64,000 nucleotides of DNA from IMG/VR virus record IMGVR_UViG_3300035698_018317, positions 124,001 to 188,000 of that record. The stretch is one strand, 5' to 3'. Of this stretch, positions 19,623 to 29,518 are shown piece after piece; position 1 is the first letter of the stretch, and each line of letters begins with the position of its first letter. The position numbers and the translations under genes were made by a program. A model generated the notes under the pieces. That model made no database searches. It saw only the letters and a program-made list of their open reading frames with translations, and was not told where the DNA came from.

Positions 19623-22007
19623 ATGGCAATTTTAAGAGGATTTCCGCCATCGAACACAATCAGTCCTTCTGTTCGAATCACTGAAAAAGATTTGAGCTTT
19701 GTAGCAGCAGAAGATTCGTTCCATCGTGCTGGTTTGGTGGGTTTCGCAAGTAAGGGACCAATCAATATTCCAACAGCGGTGCGAACTTCGAGAGAATTAC
19801 ATACCGTATTCGGTTGGCCGCATCCTGAAGTAGGCGACCCCTACATGATTTATGCAGCAGAGCAATATCTTCTTATTGCCAACGAACTGTGGATAGTAAG
19901 AGTAGCTGAGACTGATTTGGTTAATGATGAAGTGGCACAGGTCGCAGAAGTGTCAGTCCCAATTTCGGGCACTGCTGTAATTATACAGTCTGAAGATGTT
20001 GGACCGTATAGTTTCACGGCACCGGGATTCTTCAGATGGAGAATTAACGGTACATTATCAACTAAGACATTAGTAGTAGCCGAAGCTGCAACAGTAGCTT
20101 CTCCAGTTACCTTAACTGTTGCTGAATTGGTAGAAGATTTAAACGACCAACTTGATACACCTGAAGATGAGAACCTTGAAATGAATTTCGATGGAATTTA
20201 TTTCGTGGAAGACGCAACTACTAGTAAGTTACAGATTTATAGCACGTATACTTATGGACCAAATGCTTCAATAGAGTTGGTCTCAGTTTTGGCTTCGATT
20301 TATGGTGGTGCAGCAGCCTCAGTAGGCTTGGGAACAGGAATGACTCAGGCAACCACTACTGGTGCGGCTCAAAGATATCCGGTTGATTCCGCTACCGCCC
20401 TTGGAATCTATGATTTCACAGGTTTAACGGACATGTCGCTGCAAGTAGTAGTAGATGGAACTGATAATGTATTAATTGACAATACGATACAAATAATCGA
20501 CCTTGAAAACTTAGAAGGTCTCAGTAATACAATTGGCGAAGTTGTTATCGAAATTAATGATTATATCGACAACAACCTTCCGGGCGGCTTCGATGCCGTA
20601 GCAATTGGAAACAACTTGGCATTCCGTACCGAACACTATGGTCGTGATGCACAAATATTAGTTAAAACAGTAGCATCATATTCCGTATTTGGATTTACTG
20701 GAGTTACGGCAGCGGGAACAAGCCCAGAAAGTACAACGGGCGTTGCAAATGACCATGCTGGAATTATAACGGGTGCGGCTGCTACAGGAACATGCTTCAC
20801 TTTAATGGCTGATAGTGCAGGAATCGAAGGTAATAACACTCAGGTGATAATTGCCAATGATGACTCCTCGAATACTTTCACTATGGAAGTATATACGGCA
20901 GGCGTCCAAGTTGAATCATGGGGACAACTAACCAAGAATCAAGCCAGCAGATATTATGTGGAAACATTCTTGGCCTTAGTTTCAGATTACATCCGTGTAG
21001 ACGACAATACAGCAACAACGGCATCGCCTGCCGATAGTGCTCTTGGAAGTGCTTACGTGTTGACTGGTGGTTCAGACGGTATTCCGTCAGACCCGGATGA
21101 CCAAGATGATTTGCTTATTGGTAATGAAGTTGGGTTCACAGGGCTATATGCTTTGTCGGAGCCAGAACAAATTGATATTGACCTTATTGCCGTTCCGGGG
21201 CACTCATCGACATCGGTTATTATAGCCATGCTGTTTGTTTGCCAGAGTTTAAGAATGGACTGTTTGGCCATTGTTGACCCGCCATTTGGCCTCACTGTGA
21301 ATGAAATAATCCAATGGCAGAACGGTACTCACCCACTGAATACAACAAGATTTGATTCAGATTTCGGTGCTTTGTACTGGCCTTGGGTTAAAATCGCTGA
21401 TACCTATAATGGTGTCAACGTTTGGGTGCCGCCGTCTGGTTCAGTTATGGCAGTATATGCCAGAAGTGATAACTTCGCCGCTCCTTGGTATGCCCCTGCT
21501 GGCACCACGAGAGGCGTTGTACCAGCCATTACAGACGTGTTTAGCCGTCCTACGTTAGAAGAGAGAGATGCGATGTATGGGAATCGTAATGCGATTAACC
21601 CAATCGTTCAATTCTCGGATGCAGAAGGCTTCTTAGTTTGGGGTCAAAAGACACTCCAAAGAACACCTACAGCATTGGACAGAGTAAATGTCAGAAGATT
21701 GATGTTTGTGGTTGAGAAAAGAATTCGTCAAGCGTCACGCAGGTTGCTGTTTGACCCGCATGATGATGAGTTCCGTCAACAGTTCTCAAGAATAGCAGAT
21801 ACGATTCTTAGAGAAATCCAAGTAGGACGAGGAATCAGCGCATACATAATTAAGGCAGACGAAGAATTGAACACGCCTGATGTTATCGACAGAAATGAAT
21901 TCCGTGCAAGAATTGGTATTCAGCCACTCAGAGCAGTTGAATTTATCTTTATAGAATTCAGCATCCATAGAACTGGAAGCTTTGATGAAGGTGTAGATAA
22001 TTTCTAA
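19623..22007 (+). CDS. gp18: Contractile tail sheath protein
   Basis: SPSVRITEKDLS, GFASKGP, YWPWVK, PWYAPAG, WGQKTL, RVNVRRL. Confidence 0.97.
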   Translation: MAILRGFPPSNTISPSVRITEKDLSFVAAEDSFHRAGLVGFASKGPINIPTAVRTSRELHTVFGWPHPEVGDPYMIYAAEQYLLIANELWIVRVAETDLVNDEVAQVAEVSVPISGTAVIIQSEDVGPYSFTAPGFFRWRINGTLSTKTLVVAEAATVASPVTLTVAELVEDLNDQLDTPEDENLEMNFDGIYFVEDATTSKLQIYSTYTYGPNASIELVSVLASIYGGAAASVGLGTGMTQATTTGAAQRYPVDSATALGIYDFTGLTDMSLQVVVDGTDNVLIDNTIQIIDLENLEGLSNTIGEVVIEINDYIDNNLPGGFDAVAIGNNLAFRTEHYGRDAQILVKTVASYSVFGFTGVTAAGTSPESTTGVANDHAGIITGAAATGTCFTLMADSAGIEGNNTQVIIANDDSSNTFTMEVYTAGVQVESWGQLTKNQASRYYVETFLALVSDYIRVDDNTATTASPADSALGSAYVLTGGSDGIPSDPDDQDDLLIGNEVGFTGLYALSEPEQIDIDLIAVPGHSSTSVIIAMLFVCQSLRMDCLAIVDPPFGLTVNEIIQWQNGTHPLNTTRFDSDFGALYWPWVKIADTYNGVNVWVPPSGSVMAVYARSDNFAAPWYAPAGTTRGVVPAITDVFSRPTLEERDAMYGNRNAINPIVQFSDAEGFLVWGQKTLQRTPTALDRVNVRRLMFVVEKRIRQASRRLLFDPHDDEFRQQFSRIADTILREIQVGRGISAYIIKADEELNTPDVIDRNEFRARIGIQPLRAVEFIFIEFSIHRTGSFDEGVDNF

Positions 22008-22028
22008 AAACACTGGAGGACAACAATA

Positions 22029-22598
22029 GTGGTAGATATGGCTCTTGGAAAACTTGGTAGTCAAGACTTGATATTCAAACGCAAGTTTCGATGGACGTTT
22101 AAGATTGAAGAAACATGCAAAGGAAATATCCCAGAGCACTACGTGAAAGTTGCGGCTAGGCCCAATTTGACAGTTGAAGAAACCGAAGTCAACTTCCTTA
22201 ACGCAAAAGGATGGATTCCGGGTAAGGCATCTTGGGAAACTATTACGGTAACTTACTACGATGTAGGTGGAAAAGGCGATGTTGACAGTGAGGGGATTTC
22301 CAGTTTATGGGGATGGCTTGCTACAATATATAACTTTTCAAAAGGCGGAAAGTCTGAACAGGGAGCCAATAGAAGCAACTACGCAGGTAAGGGGGTTTTA
22401 ACCTTATATGATGGTTGTGGAAAAGGCATCGAAGAATGGACGTTAGAAGATATGTGGCCGCAGGCTGTTAATTTCGGAGAATTAGATTACTCTAGTTCGG
22501 AGGAATGTACTATAGAATTGACTTTAAGATATTCAATAGTTCAATACACTAACCAATGTGGTAACAAAGTTGACCCGTGCGAATGCTCGGGATGTTAA
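22029..22598 (+). CDS. gp19: Tail tube protein 1 (gp19-like)
   Basis: KRKFRW, AARP, GKASWETITVTYYD, WPQAVNFGELDYS. Confidence 0.9.
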   Translation: MVDMALGKLGSQDLIFKRKFRWTFKIEETCKGNIPEHYVKVAARPNLTVEETEVNFLNAKGWIPGKASWETITVTYYDVGGKGDVDSEGISSLWGWLATIYNFSKGGKSEQGANRSNYAGKGVLTLYDGCGKGIEEWTLEDMWPQAVNFGELDYSSSEECTIELTLRYSIVQYTNQCGNKVDPCECSGC

Positions 22599-22622
22599 AA
22601 ATAGACTCAAGGAGATATAAAT

Positions 22623-23273
22623 ATGGCACTACAACAAATGGGATTGGGTAAACTAGGGGATAGAAGCCTTGTTTTTAAAAGAAAATTTCGTTGGACATTT
22701 AAAGTCGAAGACGTATGTTCATCGGATGAAAGGCAAACATCTGTTCCAGATAGTTTTGTAAAGCTAGCCGCTAGGCCCAACTTAACAATTGAAGAAACAG
22801 AGATAAATAGACTTAACGCAAAGGGTTGGATTCCCGGTAAGGCAGCTTGGGAAACTATTACGGTAACGTACTACGATGTAGCAGATAGAGATAATCTCGC
22901 TTTGTGGACATGGTTAGCTTCCGTATATGACTTTACAGACCCAATTAATTTAAAAATGGGGTCTAGAAGAAATGACTATGCTGCTAAGGGTGTTTTGAAG
23001 TTATATGATGGCTGTGGTGCTGTTATAGAACAATGGATACTTGAGGACTTATGGCCACAAGCAATTAATTTTGGCGAGTTAGATTATTCTAGCTCAGAGG
23101 AATCTAATATCGAATTGACTCTTAGATACTCACAAGTCAAATACAAGAGCTTCTGCCCCGGTGCTGAAATTACTGGCTGCTGCACTGAGTGCGATTCTGG
23201 TGCTTCTTCCACTGGTAGTGGAACAGGCGGAACGAATACCGGCAATGTTTCAAGTGGCGTAGTAATTGTTTAA
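22623..23273 (+). CDS. gp19: Tail tube protein 2
   Basis: Close paralogue of the preceding gene. Confidence 0.88.
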   Translation: MALQQMGLGKLGDRSLVFKRKFRWTFKVEDVCSSDERQTSVPDSFVKLAARPNLTIEETEINRLNAKGWIPGKAAWETITVTYYDVADRDNLALWTWLASVYDFTDPINLKMGSRRNDYAAKGVLKLYDGCGAVIEQWILEDLWPQAINFGELDYSSSEESNIELTLRYSQVKYKSFCPGAEITGCCTECDSGASSTGSGTGGTNTGNVSSGVVIV

Positions 23274-23295
23274 TAATCCCTTTGTTAAATTACTT

Positions 23296-23327
23296 AAAAA
23301 GTCCCTCTATTCTTAGGGGGACTTTTT
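23296..23327 (+). terminator. Intrinsic terminator
   Basis: AAAAAGTCCCT...GGGGGACTTTTT hairpin. Confidence 0.65.
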
Positions 23328-23347
23328 CGGTAATTAAGGAGTAAATT

Positions 23348-23863
23348 ATGGCTAGACAAATGGGATTTGATTTCGGTCTTGAGAGTAAAGAGACTTGTTT
23401 CAAAAGAAAATTTCGTTGGCTTCTGGTGATAGAAGGTATATCCGCTGATAAAAATAGTGTAAATTCATTACCCCCTCTGAAAAGTGCAAGACCAAATATT
23501 TCTTTCAAAGAAATGGAAGTTAAGCATTTAGTTGAAAATATTTATTATCCAGCAAGACCTGATTGGAAACCAATAACATTAGTTCTATATGATATCAAGA
23601 GAGATGACCACCCTGTATTTGATTGGATTCAAAAAATTTATGATGTGAGCAGAGAAGGTGATTGGTTCCCTTCTGGCGATAATGAATTCAAAAAAGAAGC
23701 TAGATTAGAGCTATATGATGGGTGTGGTAACATTATAGAAACTTGGAAATACGAAAACGCATGGCCACAAACCGTTGAATTCGGAGAGTTGGCCATGGGC
23801 GATTCCGCATATGTCACCGCTGATATAACTTTAAGGTATGATAGAGCCTTTATAGAAGCCTAA
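23348..23863 (+). CDS. Tail tube-like protein 3
   Basis: KRKFRW, SARP, WKPITLVLYD, WPQTVEFGEL, ITLRYD. Confidence 0.85.
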   Translation: MARQMGFDFGLESKETCFKRKFRWLLVIEGISADKNSVNSLPPLKSARPNISFKEMEVKHLVENIYYPARPDWKPITLVLYDIKRDDHPVFDWIQKIYDVSREGDWFPSGDNEFKKEARLELYDGCGNIIETWKYENAWPQTVEFGELAMGDSAYVTADITLRYDRAFIEA

Positions 23864-24087
23864 TCCTCAAATTCTTTATGGAGTATTTCTCTACATGCAG
23901 CCAAGGCATCTTCTAATTGCTTTGTTTTGCATCCTAAAGCTCTACACGCCGCACTCTTATTGAGGCGACCCTTTTTAGTATAAACTTTATTGTTGCATAA
24001 TAAAGTTTCCACTAACTTATAATGACCAGCATCTTTTAATTTATCGACCAACTCTCGTTGCTCTATAGATTCGATTAATATATTCAT
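23860..24087 (-). CDS. Small hypothetical (HTH-like) protein
   Basis: ORF track; RLNKSAACRALGCK. Confidence 0.65.
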   Translation of the reverse strand: MNILIESIEQRELVDKLKDAGHYKLVETLLCNNKVYTKKGRLNKSAACRALGCKTKQLEDALAACREILHKEFED

Positions 24088-24149
24088 AAGTAAATTATAT
24101 ATAAAACAATTAACAAGTACAAGAAAAAAATAAATATAAATTTATAAAT

Positions 24150-24671
24150 TTACTCAATAAACCTTGCTTTTTTCATAGGTTTATTTTCAGATTGGAAATT
24201 CATGAAGTTTTGATATCTTTTCTTCAATTCATTGTAGTTTCTGGCTGACCTGTAAAGCTGTCTATAATGATTCAATATACAGGTAGTCATATAGTTGAAG
24301 GCTTTTCCTTTAGAGGGGTCAAATCTGTCTATCTTCTCAAAACAAATTAATACTCCCTCTTGAATAGCATCATCGGGGTCAATAAAGCTAAATTTAGCAT
24401 ATCTTGCTATATTCTCAGATAAAGTATAAAATGCTGTAGCCAATGAGTCCTGAGATTCTTCGAAAGAAAGAATGGAATCCCTCAAAACACGATTTTTTGC
24501 CTTTAATTTTTTAGCGTCTTCAGGCTTATTTGCGTCTCTTTTGGATTTACGTTTATACGCACCATCCAAGTCTTCCACAATAAGTTCATATTTGCTTTTT
24601 GTTTTTTTAGAATTTTGAAAAGTATTAATTATATTTTCAAAGGTTTTATTATTAAGGTACTCTGTAGCCAT
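24150..24671 (-). CDS. gp55: Late-transcription sigma factor, T4 gp55-like
   Basis: EYLNNK, DDAIQEGVLICFEKIDRFDPSK, AFNYMTTCI. Confidence 0.8.
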   Translation of the reverse strand: MATEYLNNKTFENIINTFQNSKKTKSKYELIVEDLDGAYKRKSKRDANKPEDAKKLKAKNRVLRDSILSFEESQDSLATAFYTLSENIARYAKFSFIDPDDAIQEGVLICFEKIDRFDPSKGKAFNYMTTCILNHYRQLYRSARNYNELKKRYQNFMNFQSENKPMKKARFIE

Positions 24672-24762
24672 GTAATCCTATCATATGGGTAATTTAACAT
24701 TCTCATTCTTCCTTTTCATAGGATTATCTATTCTTTCTTTCTCAAACGCTCTATAATAATAT

Positions 24763-24938
24763 GTGCAAAGAATTATAGAACATCTTCTCAAGGTATTAGA
24801 GCATGAAAGTGCAGAAAAAGTTTATACCAATTTAAAAAAATATTATGAAGAATGTGGAAAACAGGAAGAAGCAGAAATTATAAGCCATATTATTTCAAAA
24901 AGATTTCATGAAAATAACAACAATCATCCTGACGTGTG
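24763..24938 (+). CDS. Small hypothetical protein (VQRIIEHLLKVLEHE...)
   Basis: Manual translation; GTG start; overlaps glycosyltransferase start. Confidence 0.45.
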
Positions 24939-25834
24939 ATAATGAATTAACTATAGAAAAGACATTGCAATCTATATCTGGAGATATCCTTATTGGAGAT
25001 ATGGGTTCAAAAGATTCTACGTTATCTATATGTGAAAAATATAATACATCAATAATTAAAATACCATTTGAAAATGACTATAGCAAAGCAAAAAATCAAC
25101 TAATATCCCACGTAAAATCCGATTGGATTTTATCTATTGAGCCGGGGGAATCATTAGTTCAAGCAAATTTTGAAGAAGCTGATATTGCTAATTCTTATCA
25201 TTTGCAAATTATATCAAATGGAGTCATATCAAAAAGTGTAAGATTTTGGCATAAAAGTAAATCATTATCTTTCGTTAATCCTGTATTTGAAATAATTGAT
25301 GAAGATTCCAAATATCTCCCATCTATTATTTATTCTTCTCCAGTAAGCGTAATGAATCAAATGGATATAATAAACAAATGGAAGAAGGATAAACCAACCG
25401 ACCCTTCTCCTTATTATTATGAGGCATGTATATTATTACAAGAAAAAAGATATGATAAGTTTTTATCAGTAGCACAAAAATATTTGTTCTTAGAAAATGC
25501 AGGCATTCCTGCTGTTATGATAAAATATTATTTAGCAGCTACCCAACTTTATATCAAGAAAAACGCATCTGATTCTCTCAGAAACATTCTCCCATGTATA
25601 GCTGCAAAACCAAATATGGCAGAATTTTGGTGTTTGTTGGGCGATGTCTATTACTATAAGAAAATATATAAAAAAGCTAAGGCTTTTTATCAAAATGCAA
25701 TTTTCGCTGGTGAGAGAAGATTAAAGGAAGATATGTGGCCGCTTGAGATAGAAAAATATCGTAACCACCCTAAAGAGATGATAAAAAGCTGTAAGGGTAT
25801 ATTAGAAGAATCTGATTATATAGCTGCCATATAG
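24908..25834 (+). CDS. GT2-like glycosyltransferase with TPR repeats
   Basis: IGDMGSKDSTL, DYSKAKN, DWILSIEPGE; TPR AEFWCLLGDVYY...AKAFYQNA. Confidence 0.8.
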   Translation: MKITTIILTCDNELTIEKTLQSISGDILIGDMGSKDSTLSICEKYNTSIIKIPFENDYSKAKNQLISHVKSDWILSIEPGESLVQANFEEADIANSYHLQIISNGVISKSVRFWHKSKSLSFVNPVFEIIDEDSKYLPSIIYSSPVSVMNQMDIINKWKKDKPTDPSPYYYEACILLQEKRYDKFLSVAQKYLFLENAGIPAVMIKYYLAATQLYIKKNASDSLRNILPCIAAKPNMAEFWCLLGDVYYYKKIYKKAKAFYQNAIFAGERRLKEDMWPLEIEKYRNHPKEMIKSCKGILEESDYIAAI

Positions 25835-26280
25835 TTGCCGCAACACTTAGCTGCTTCACTAATGTCTTTCAACAATTTAATTTGGTCTTCTACAGATTGC
25901 GGAATAATTTTATAAAAATCTGTAACGTCTTCTATCGCAGACGTAAGAATCCTAGGCAATGTGTGATTTTTAGGCATATAACTTATGCTGCCATTCTTCA
26001 CAGTAAATACTACAAATTTATTTTTGTATTCAGAAATAATTATAATCGGAGTAGAGATACCTTGCCACCGCAATTCATTTACTAAAGAAAAACTTTCATA
26101 ATCTGGAAGGCAATAACTTATTATAATACAGGAAAAATTATTTTCCGTAGTATGCTTTATTATCTCTTCCCCTGTTTTTGCCTCTATAACATCAGCATTT
26201 AAGCTAGAGATACTTTTGTTAATAGCTCTGCGTCTTTCTTCTTCTTCGTGCCCCAATAATATGAGCAATCTTTCTTTCAC
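25816..26280 (-). CDS. Stand-alone receiver-like (CheY-fold) protein, phospho-Asp missing
   Basis: AKTGEE...CIIISYCLPD...TPIIIIS...SYMPK. Confidence 0.7.
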   Translation of the reverse strand: MKERLLILLGHEEEERRRAINKSISSLNADVIEAKTGEEIIKHTTENNFSCIIISYCLPDYESFSLVNELRWQGISTPIIIISEYKNKFVVFTVKNGSISYMPKNHTLPRILTSAIEDVTDFYKIIPQSVEDQIKLLKDISEAAKCCGNYMAAI

Positions 26281-26323
26281 GTCGCCCCCTAAAAATTATT
26301 TGACTAACGGTATATATGAGCCA

Positions 26324-26704
26324 TTACCACAATATGTCAATCTCATTAACAATAATGGTTACATCATCTTCATATCGACTAATCGCCAATTGTTTTCTTC
26401 CGGGGACTAATTGTTTTAATCTACTTTCAAGTTCGAATATTTTGCAATTTATAACAGTCCAATTATTTTCGGCGAGTTTTTTTATTTCATCTTTCTCATC
26501 CATCATAACTTCACGACCCGGATAATATTTTTGAAGATACTTAGAATGTTTTTTTATTAATTTTCTATAAAATGGTACGTTACACGCACACCCCGGATTA
26601 TGAAGATATGAGGCAACGTCTTCTTGAAGCTCTATTGGTAGCGAATCTCTAAATCTTGAGTCTTTAAGAGCCGCTTTTACGTCCATCAAACCTATCTTTT
26701 TCAT
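26324..26704 (-). CDS. Hypothetical protein
   Basis: ORF track; NPGCACN. Confidence 0.7.
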   Translation of the reverse strand: MKKIGLMDVKAALKDSRFRDSLPIELQEDVASYLHNPGCACNVPFYRKLIKKHSKYLQKYYPGREVMMDEKDEIKKLAENNWTVINCKIFELESRLKQLVPGRKQLAISRYEDDVTIIVNEIDILW

Positions 26705-26966
26705 TCGGTTTCTCCGGTTGAAGTTTTTTTGGAATTACTACTCGACCACATTGGGGACACTTAAACCTTCTTGATTGTTTTATGTTCTTAGGAACAATCA
26801 CTTTTTTAGTAATAGGGTCAAGAGTTGGTGGCCCACCGGGAATACTGGACATTTTGATTTCGGTCATTTCTTTTATATCAGACCCATCTGTTATTTTTTT
26901 CCAATTACAGATTTCACAGTATAACATGTAAAGCGGGATGTTTTTTTTATTTTTCATCGAATTCAA
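26664..26966 (-). CDS. Zn-ribbon protein
   Basis: CEIC and CPQC pairs. Confidence 0.7.
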   Translation of the reverse strand: MNSMKNKKNIPLYMLYCEICNWKKITDGSDIKEMTEIKMSSIPGGPPTLDPITKKVIVPKNIKQSRRFKCPQCGRVVIPKKLQPEKPNEKDRFDGRKSGS

Positions 26967-27243
26967 TAATCGTTCTAGCTTCTAAATAGTTCATAAATAA
27001 TTCTGAGAATCCACAGATAAAGCTACCTGCGAACCCGCACATTAATATATAAAGAGGGGCATTGCTAAGTAATGCAAATCCGCATAATAATCCCGAAAAG
27101 AATCCTGTACATTTAGAACATATGGATATTGAATAAAATGGAGTCCCTAATAGGAGATTTCTCCACTTATCCAAAAATGTTTGATTTACAATAATATCTG
27201 TAAGTCCTACAACCGCACAGCAAAAAAGTATTAAGTTTATCAT
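26947..27243 (-). CDS. DUF1360-like membrane protein
   Basis: Hydrophobic helices around CSKCTGFFSG. Confidence 0.6.
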   Translation of the reverse strand: MINLILFCCAVVGLTDIIVNQTFLDKWRNLLLGTPFYSISICSKCTGFFSGLLCGFALLSNAPLYILMCGFAGSFICGFSELFMNYLEARTIIEFDEK

Positions 27244-27249
27244 TTTTTC

Positions 27250-27621
27250 CTACTTCCAAAAACATATATAAAGTTGGCCACCTTTTCGATACATCGAGGG
27301 ATATCCTTTGGGGTCCATTTTGTTAAGTTCTGATTCCGCATCGTCAATGTTGCAACTTAGCAATCTTATATTACGATGGTCTATTGATTTATCAATAGTA
27401 ATTTTATCGTCTAAGTGATGTTCAATCACTTTAATCTGCTCATTATTCAAATGGTTCAAAATGTATAATAAAGATTTGTTTTTAAGAGACCTAGCACCTG
27501 TCATAGTGGCTAACTTCCACTGGTCAAAGTATCCTTTAAATTCAGGCAGCTTTTGTCTGAGGCTGGAATCTAAAAAAACTAAATCTTCTATATTGTTAAA
27601 ATCTAGCTTTATCACACTCAT
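27250..27621 (-). CDS. Hypothetical protein
   Basis: ORF track. Confidence 0.7.
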   Translation of the reverse strand: MSVIKLDFNNIEDLVFLDSSLRQKLPEFKGYFDQWKLATMTGARSLKNKSLLYILNHLNNEQIKVIEHHLDDKITIDKSIDHRNIRLLSCNIDDAESELNKMDPKGYPSMYRKGGQLYICFWK

Positions 27622-27644
27622 ATAAGAATAACTAGGAAATAAAA

Positions 27645-28130
27645 ATGGAAGAAATTAAAACAAAAGAAAAATGGACTTTCGAGATTGTAGACGTAAGCCC
27701 TGAACTTAAAGTAACTGTATTGGAATTGCCTAGCATAGAATATGAAGAAGAGGAATTATATTTCCAAGGCAAAAAGGTCTATAAGCCAATATTTTCAACT
27801 ACTCGTTGGATACCCTTTACAGTATCATTTGCTGAGTATTATGATATGGACATAAATGGTCTTTTTGAATGGATAAGTACATTCAACATGGGAATCGGCG
27901 ACGGAACAACTACTGGGGCAATAACCAGAACAGGCATCTTAAAATGCTCTAATGGCCAAGTTTGGGAAATAGAAAATATATGGCCTCAGTCAATCAATAC
28001 TTTAGCTGACTATTCTAACTCAGAGCCTTTAAAAATTGAATTAACATTTAGTTATTCACGGGCGAGAGTTGATTATTCTAATACCGAACCACAAAACAAT
28101 AAAATATCACTTAATTGGGATAACAAATAG
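27645..28130 (+). CDS. Tail tube-fold protein 4 (tube initiator-like)
   Basis: LPSIE, WIPFTVSF, IWPQSI, IELTFSY. Confidence 0.7.
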   Translation: MEEIKTKEKWTFEIVDVSPELKVTVLELPSIEYEEEELYFQGKKVYKPIFSTTRWIPFTVSFAEYYDMDINGLFEWISTFNMGIGDGTTTGAITRTGILKCSNGQVWEIENIWPQSINTLADYSNSEPLKIELTFSYSRARVDYSNTEPQNNKISLNWDNK

Positions 28131-28139
28131 GAGAAAAAA

Positions 28140-29300
28140 ATGACAGAAGAAGTATATCAACCAAAGAGAGTGCCTATCAATCCAGACATTGTAGATACAC
28201 CAGAAATCCCTCAGAGCGAAGCCCTTGAGCCTACTGTAGAAACAATACGTCCTCCTCAAGCAGATGTAGAGCAGCCAGTGATACGTCCAGCAATGGCAGA
28301 AACAGGTATGGAGCTTAAAGGAAATATCCCTGTACAGTTCCAGAACGCCTTGTCAAATGCAAAAAAGGCAAAAAAAGAACAAGAGATTGTTGCCCCTGTC
28401 CCTGCACCTGACGCTGCTCCTGCTCCAGCGGTGGCACCACCAGCGGTATCGCAAGAAGTTCAGCCAAGTGTTCCGCCCGGAACTGTTAGGACTCTTGAAC
28501 AATTAATTCAAGGAATCCAAACTCGTTCTACTCTTTATGAAGAAATTACCCTTCCATCAAAAGGAAGGTTTTATGACGGCGATGATGGGCCACAAGATGG
28601 TGTAATCCGCATTCGACCGATGACAGGTGAAGAAGAACAGATTTTGGCTACCCCTAGATTTGTCAAAAAGGGTCAGGCAATTAATATGATATTTGACAGA
28701 TGTATGCAAGATGGTTTTCAGTCAGAAAGATTTATCACACCAGATAGAACATATATGTTGATTTATCTACGTGGTATTTCTTATACACCATCATATGACG
28801 TAGAAGTTAAATGCCCACAGTGTGACAGGAAATTTGCGACAGTCATAGATTTAAATGATTTATATGTTGAATCTTGCCCAGAAAATTTCTCAGCCACTAG
28901 TTTGAAGGATTCTCTTCCAACGACTGGTTATAACTTCACCTATCGTCTTTCGACTGGAACTGATGAACAAAGAGTTCAAGAGCATAGAGATAGAAAACTT
29001 AGAGGTGGATTTGAAACAAGCGGGCAAGCTGATGATACCCTGCTATTCCGCACAGCAATTATGGTAGAAGAAATAGAAGGGCTTACAGACAAAGACGAAC
29101 TACAAGCCCTGTTAAGAAAATTACCTATTAATGATGTGGCTTATTTAAGAACGGCTGTCAATGAGCCTCCATTTGGTGTAGACACCAAGGTTGAGATTCC
29201 TTGTCCGGGTTGTTTAGCAGATTTTGAAATAGAACTTCCCCTTGAATCAAATTTTTTCTTCCCAAAGGGCCGCAGGAAGACGCCGAACATGCGAGCGTAG
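28140..29300 (+). CDS. gp26: Baseplate hub/tail assembly chaperone, T4 gp26-like
   Basis: ITLPSKG, IRPMTGEEEQIL, DRTYMLIYLRGISY, CPQC and CPGC, PFGVDT. Confidence 0.8.
   Translation: MTEEVYQPKRVPINPDIVDTPEIPQSEALEPTVETIRPPQADVEQPVIRPAMAETGMELKGNIPVQFQNALSNAKKAKKEQEIVAPVPAPDAAPAPAVAPPAVSQEVQPSVPPGTVRTLEQLIQGIQTRSTLYEEITLPSKGRFYDGDDGPQDGVIRIRPMTGEEEQILATPRFVKKGQAINMIFDRCMQDGFQSERFITPDRTYMLIYLRGISYTPSYDVEVKCPQCDRKFATVIDLNDLYVESCPENFSATSLKDSLPTTGYNFTYRLSTGTDEQRVQEHRDRKLRGGFETSGQADDTLLFRTAIMVEEIEGLTDKDELQALLRKLPINDVAYLRTAVNEPPFGVDTKVEIPCPGCLADFEIELPLESNFFFPKGRRKTPNMRA
29252..29267 (+). promoter_or_regulatory. Tandem -1 ribosomal slippery sites T TTT TTC and C CCA AAG
   Basis: Both heptamers are in X XXY YYZ phase with the gp26-like frame; -1 frame is open from 29246 into the 29315 ORF. 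Confidence 0.7.
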
Positions 29301-29314
29301 AACTTTGGAAAAAT

Positions 29315-29485
29315 ATGATGGAAGAAATATTTTTCTTCCAATATCATTTGCATATGAGCAGAGCGGAAGCCTTCCATATGCCTGTGCATGAAAGAAAATG
29401 GTTGATTGATAGATTTATCGAACAAAAGCAAAAAGAAAATTCAGCCATGGAAGATTCAAGAAGAAGAGCAAAAAGAAAAACTTAA
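29315..29485 (+). CDS. gp51: gp51-like hub assembly protein / frameshift extension (missed by ORF track)
   Basis: MMEEIFFFQYHLHMSRAEAFHMPVHERKWLIDRFIEQKQKEN. Confidence 0.75.
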   Translation: MMEEIFFFQYHLHMSRAEAFHMPVHERKWLIDRFIEQKQKENSAMEDSRRRAKRKT

Positions 29486-29518
29486 TGATAAATACTAGTG
29501 AAAGTTTAAGGTAATTAA

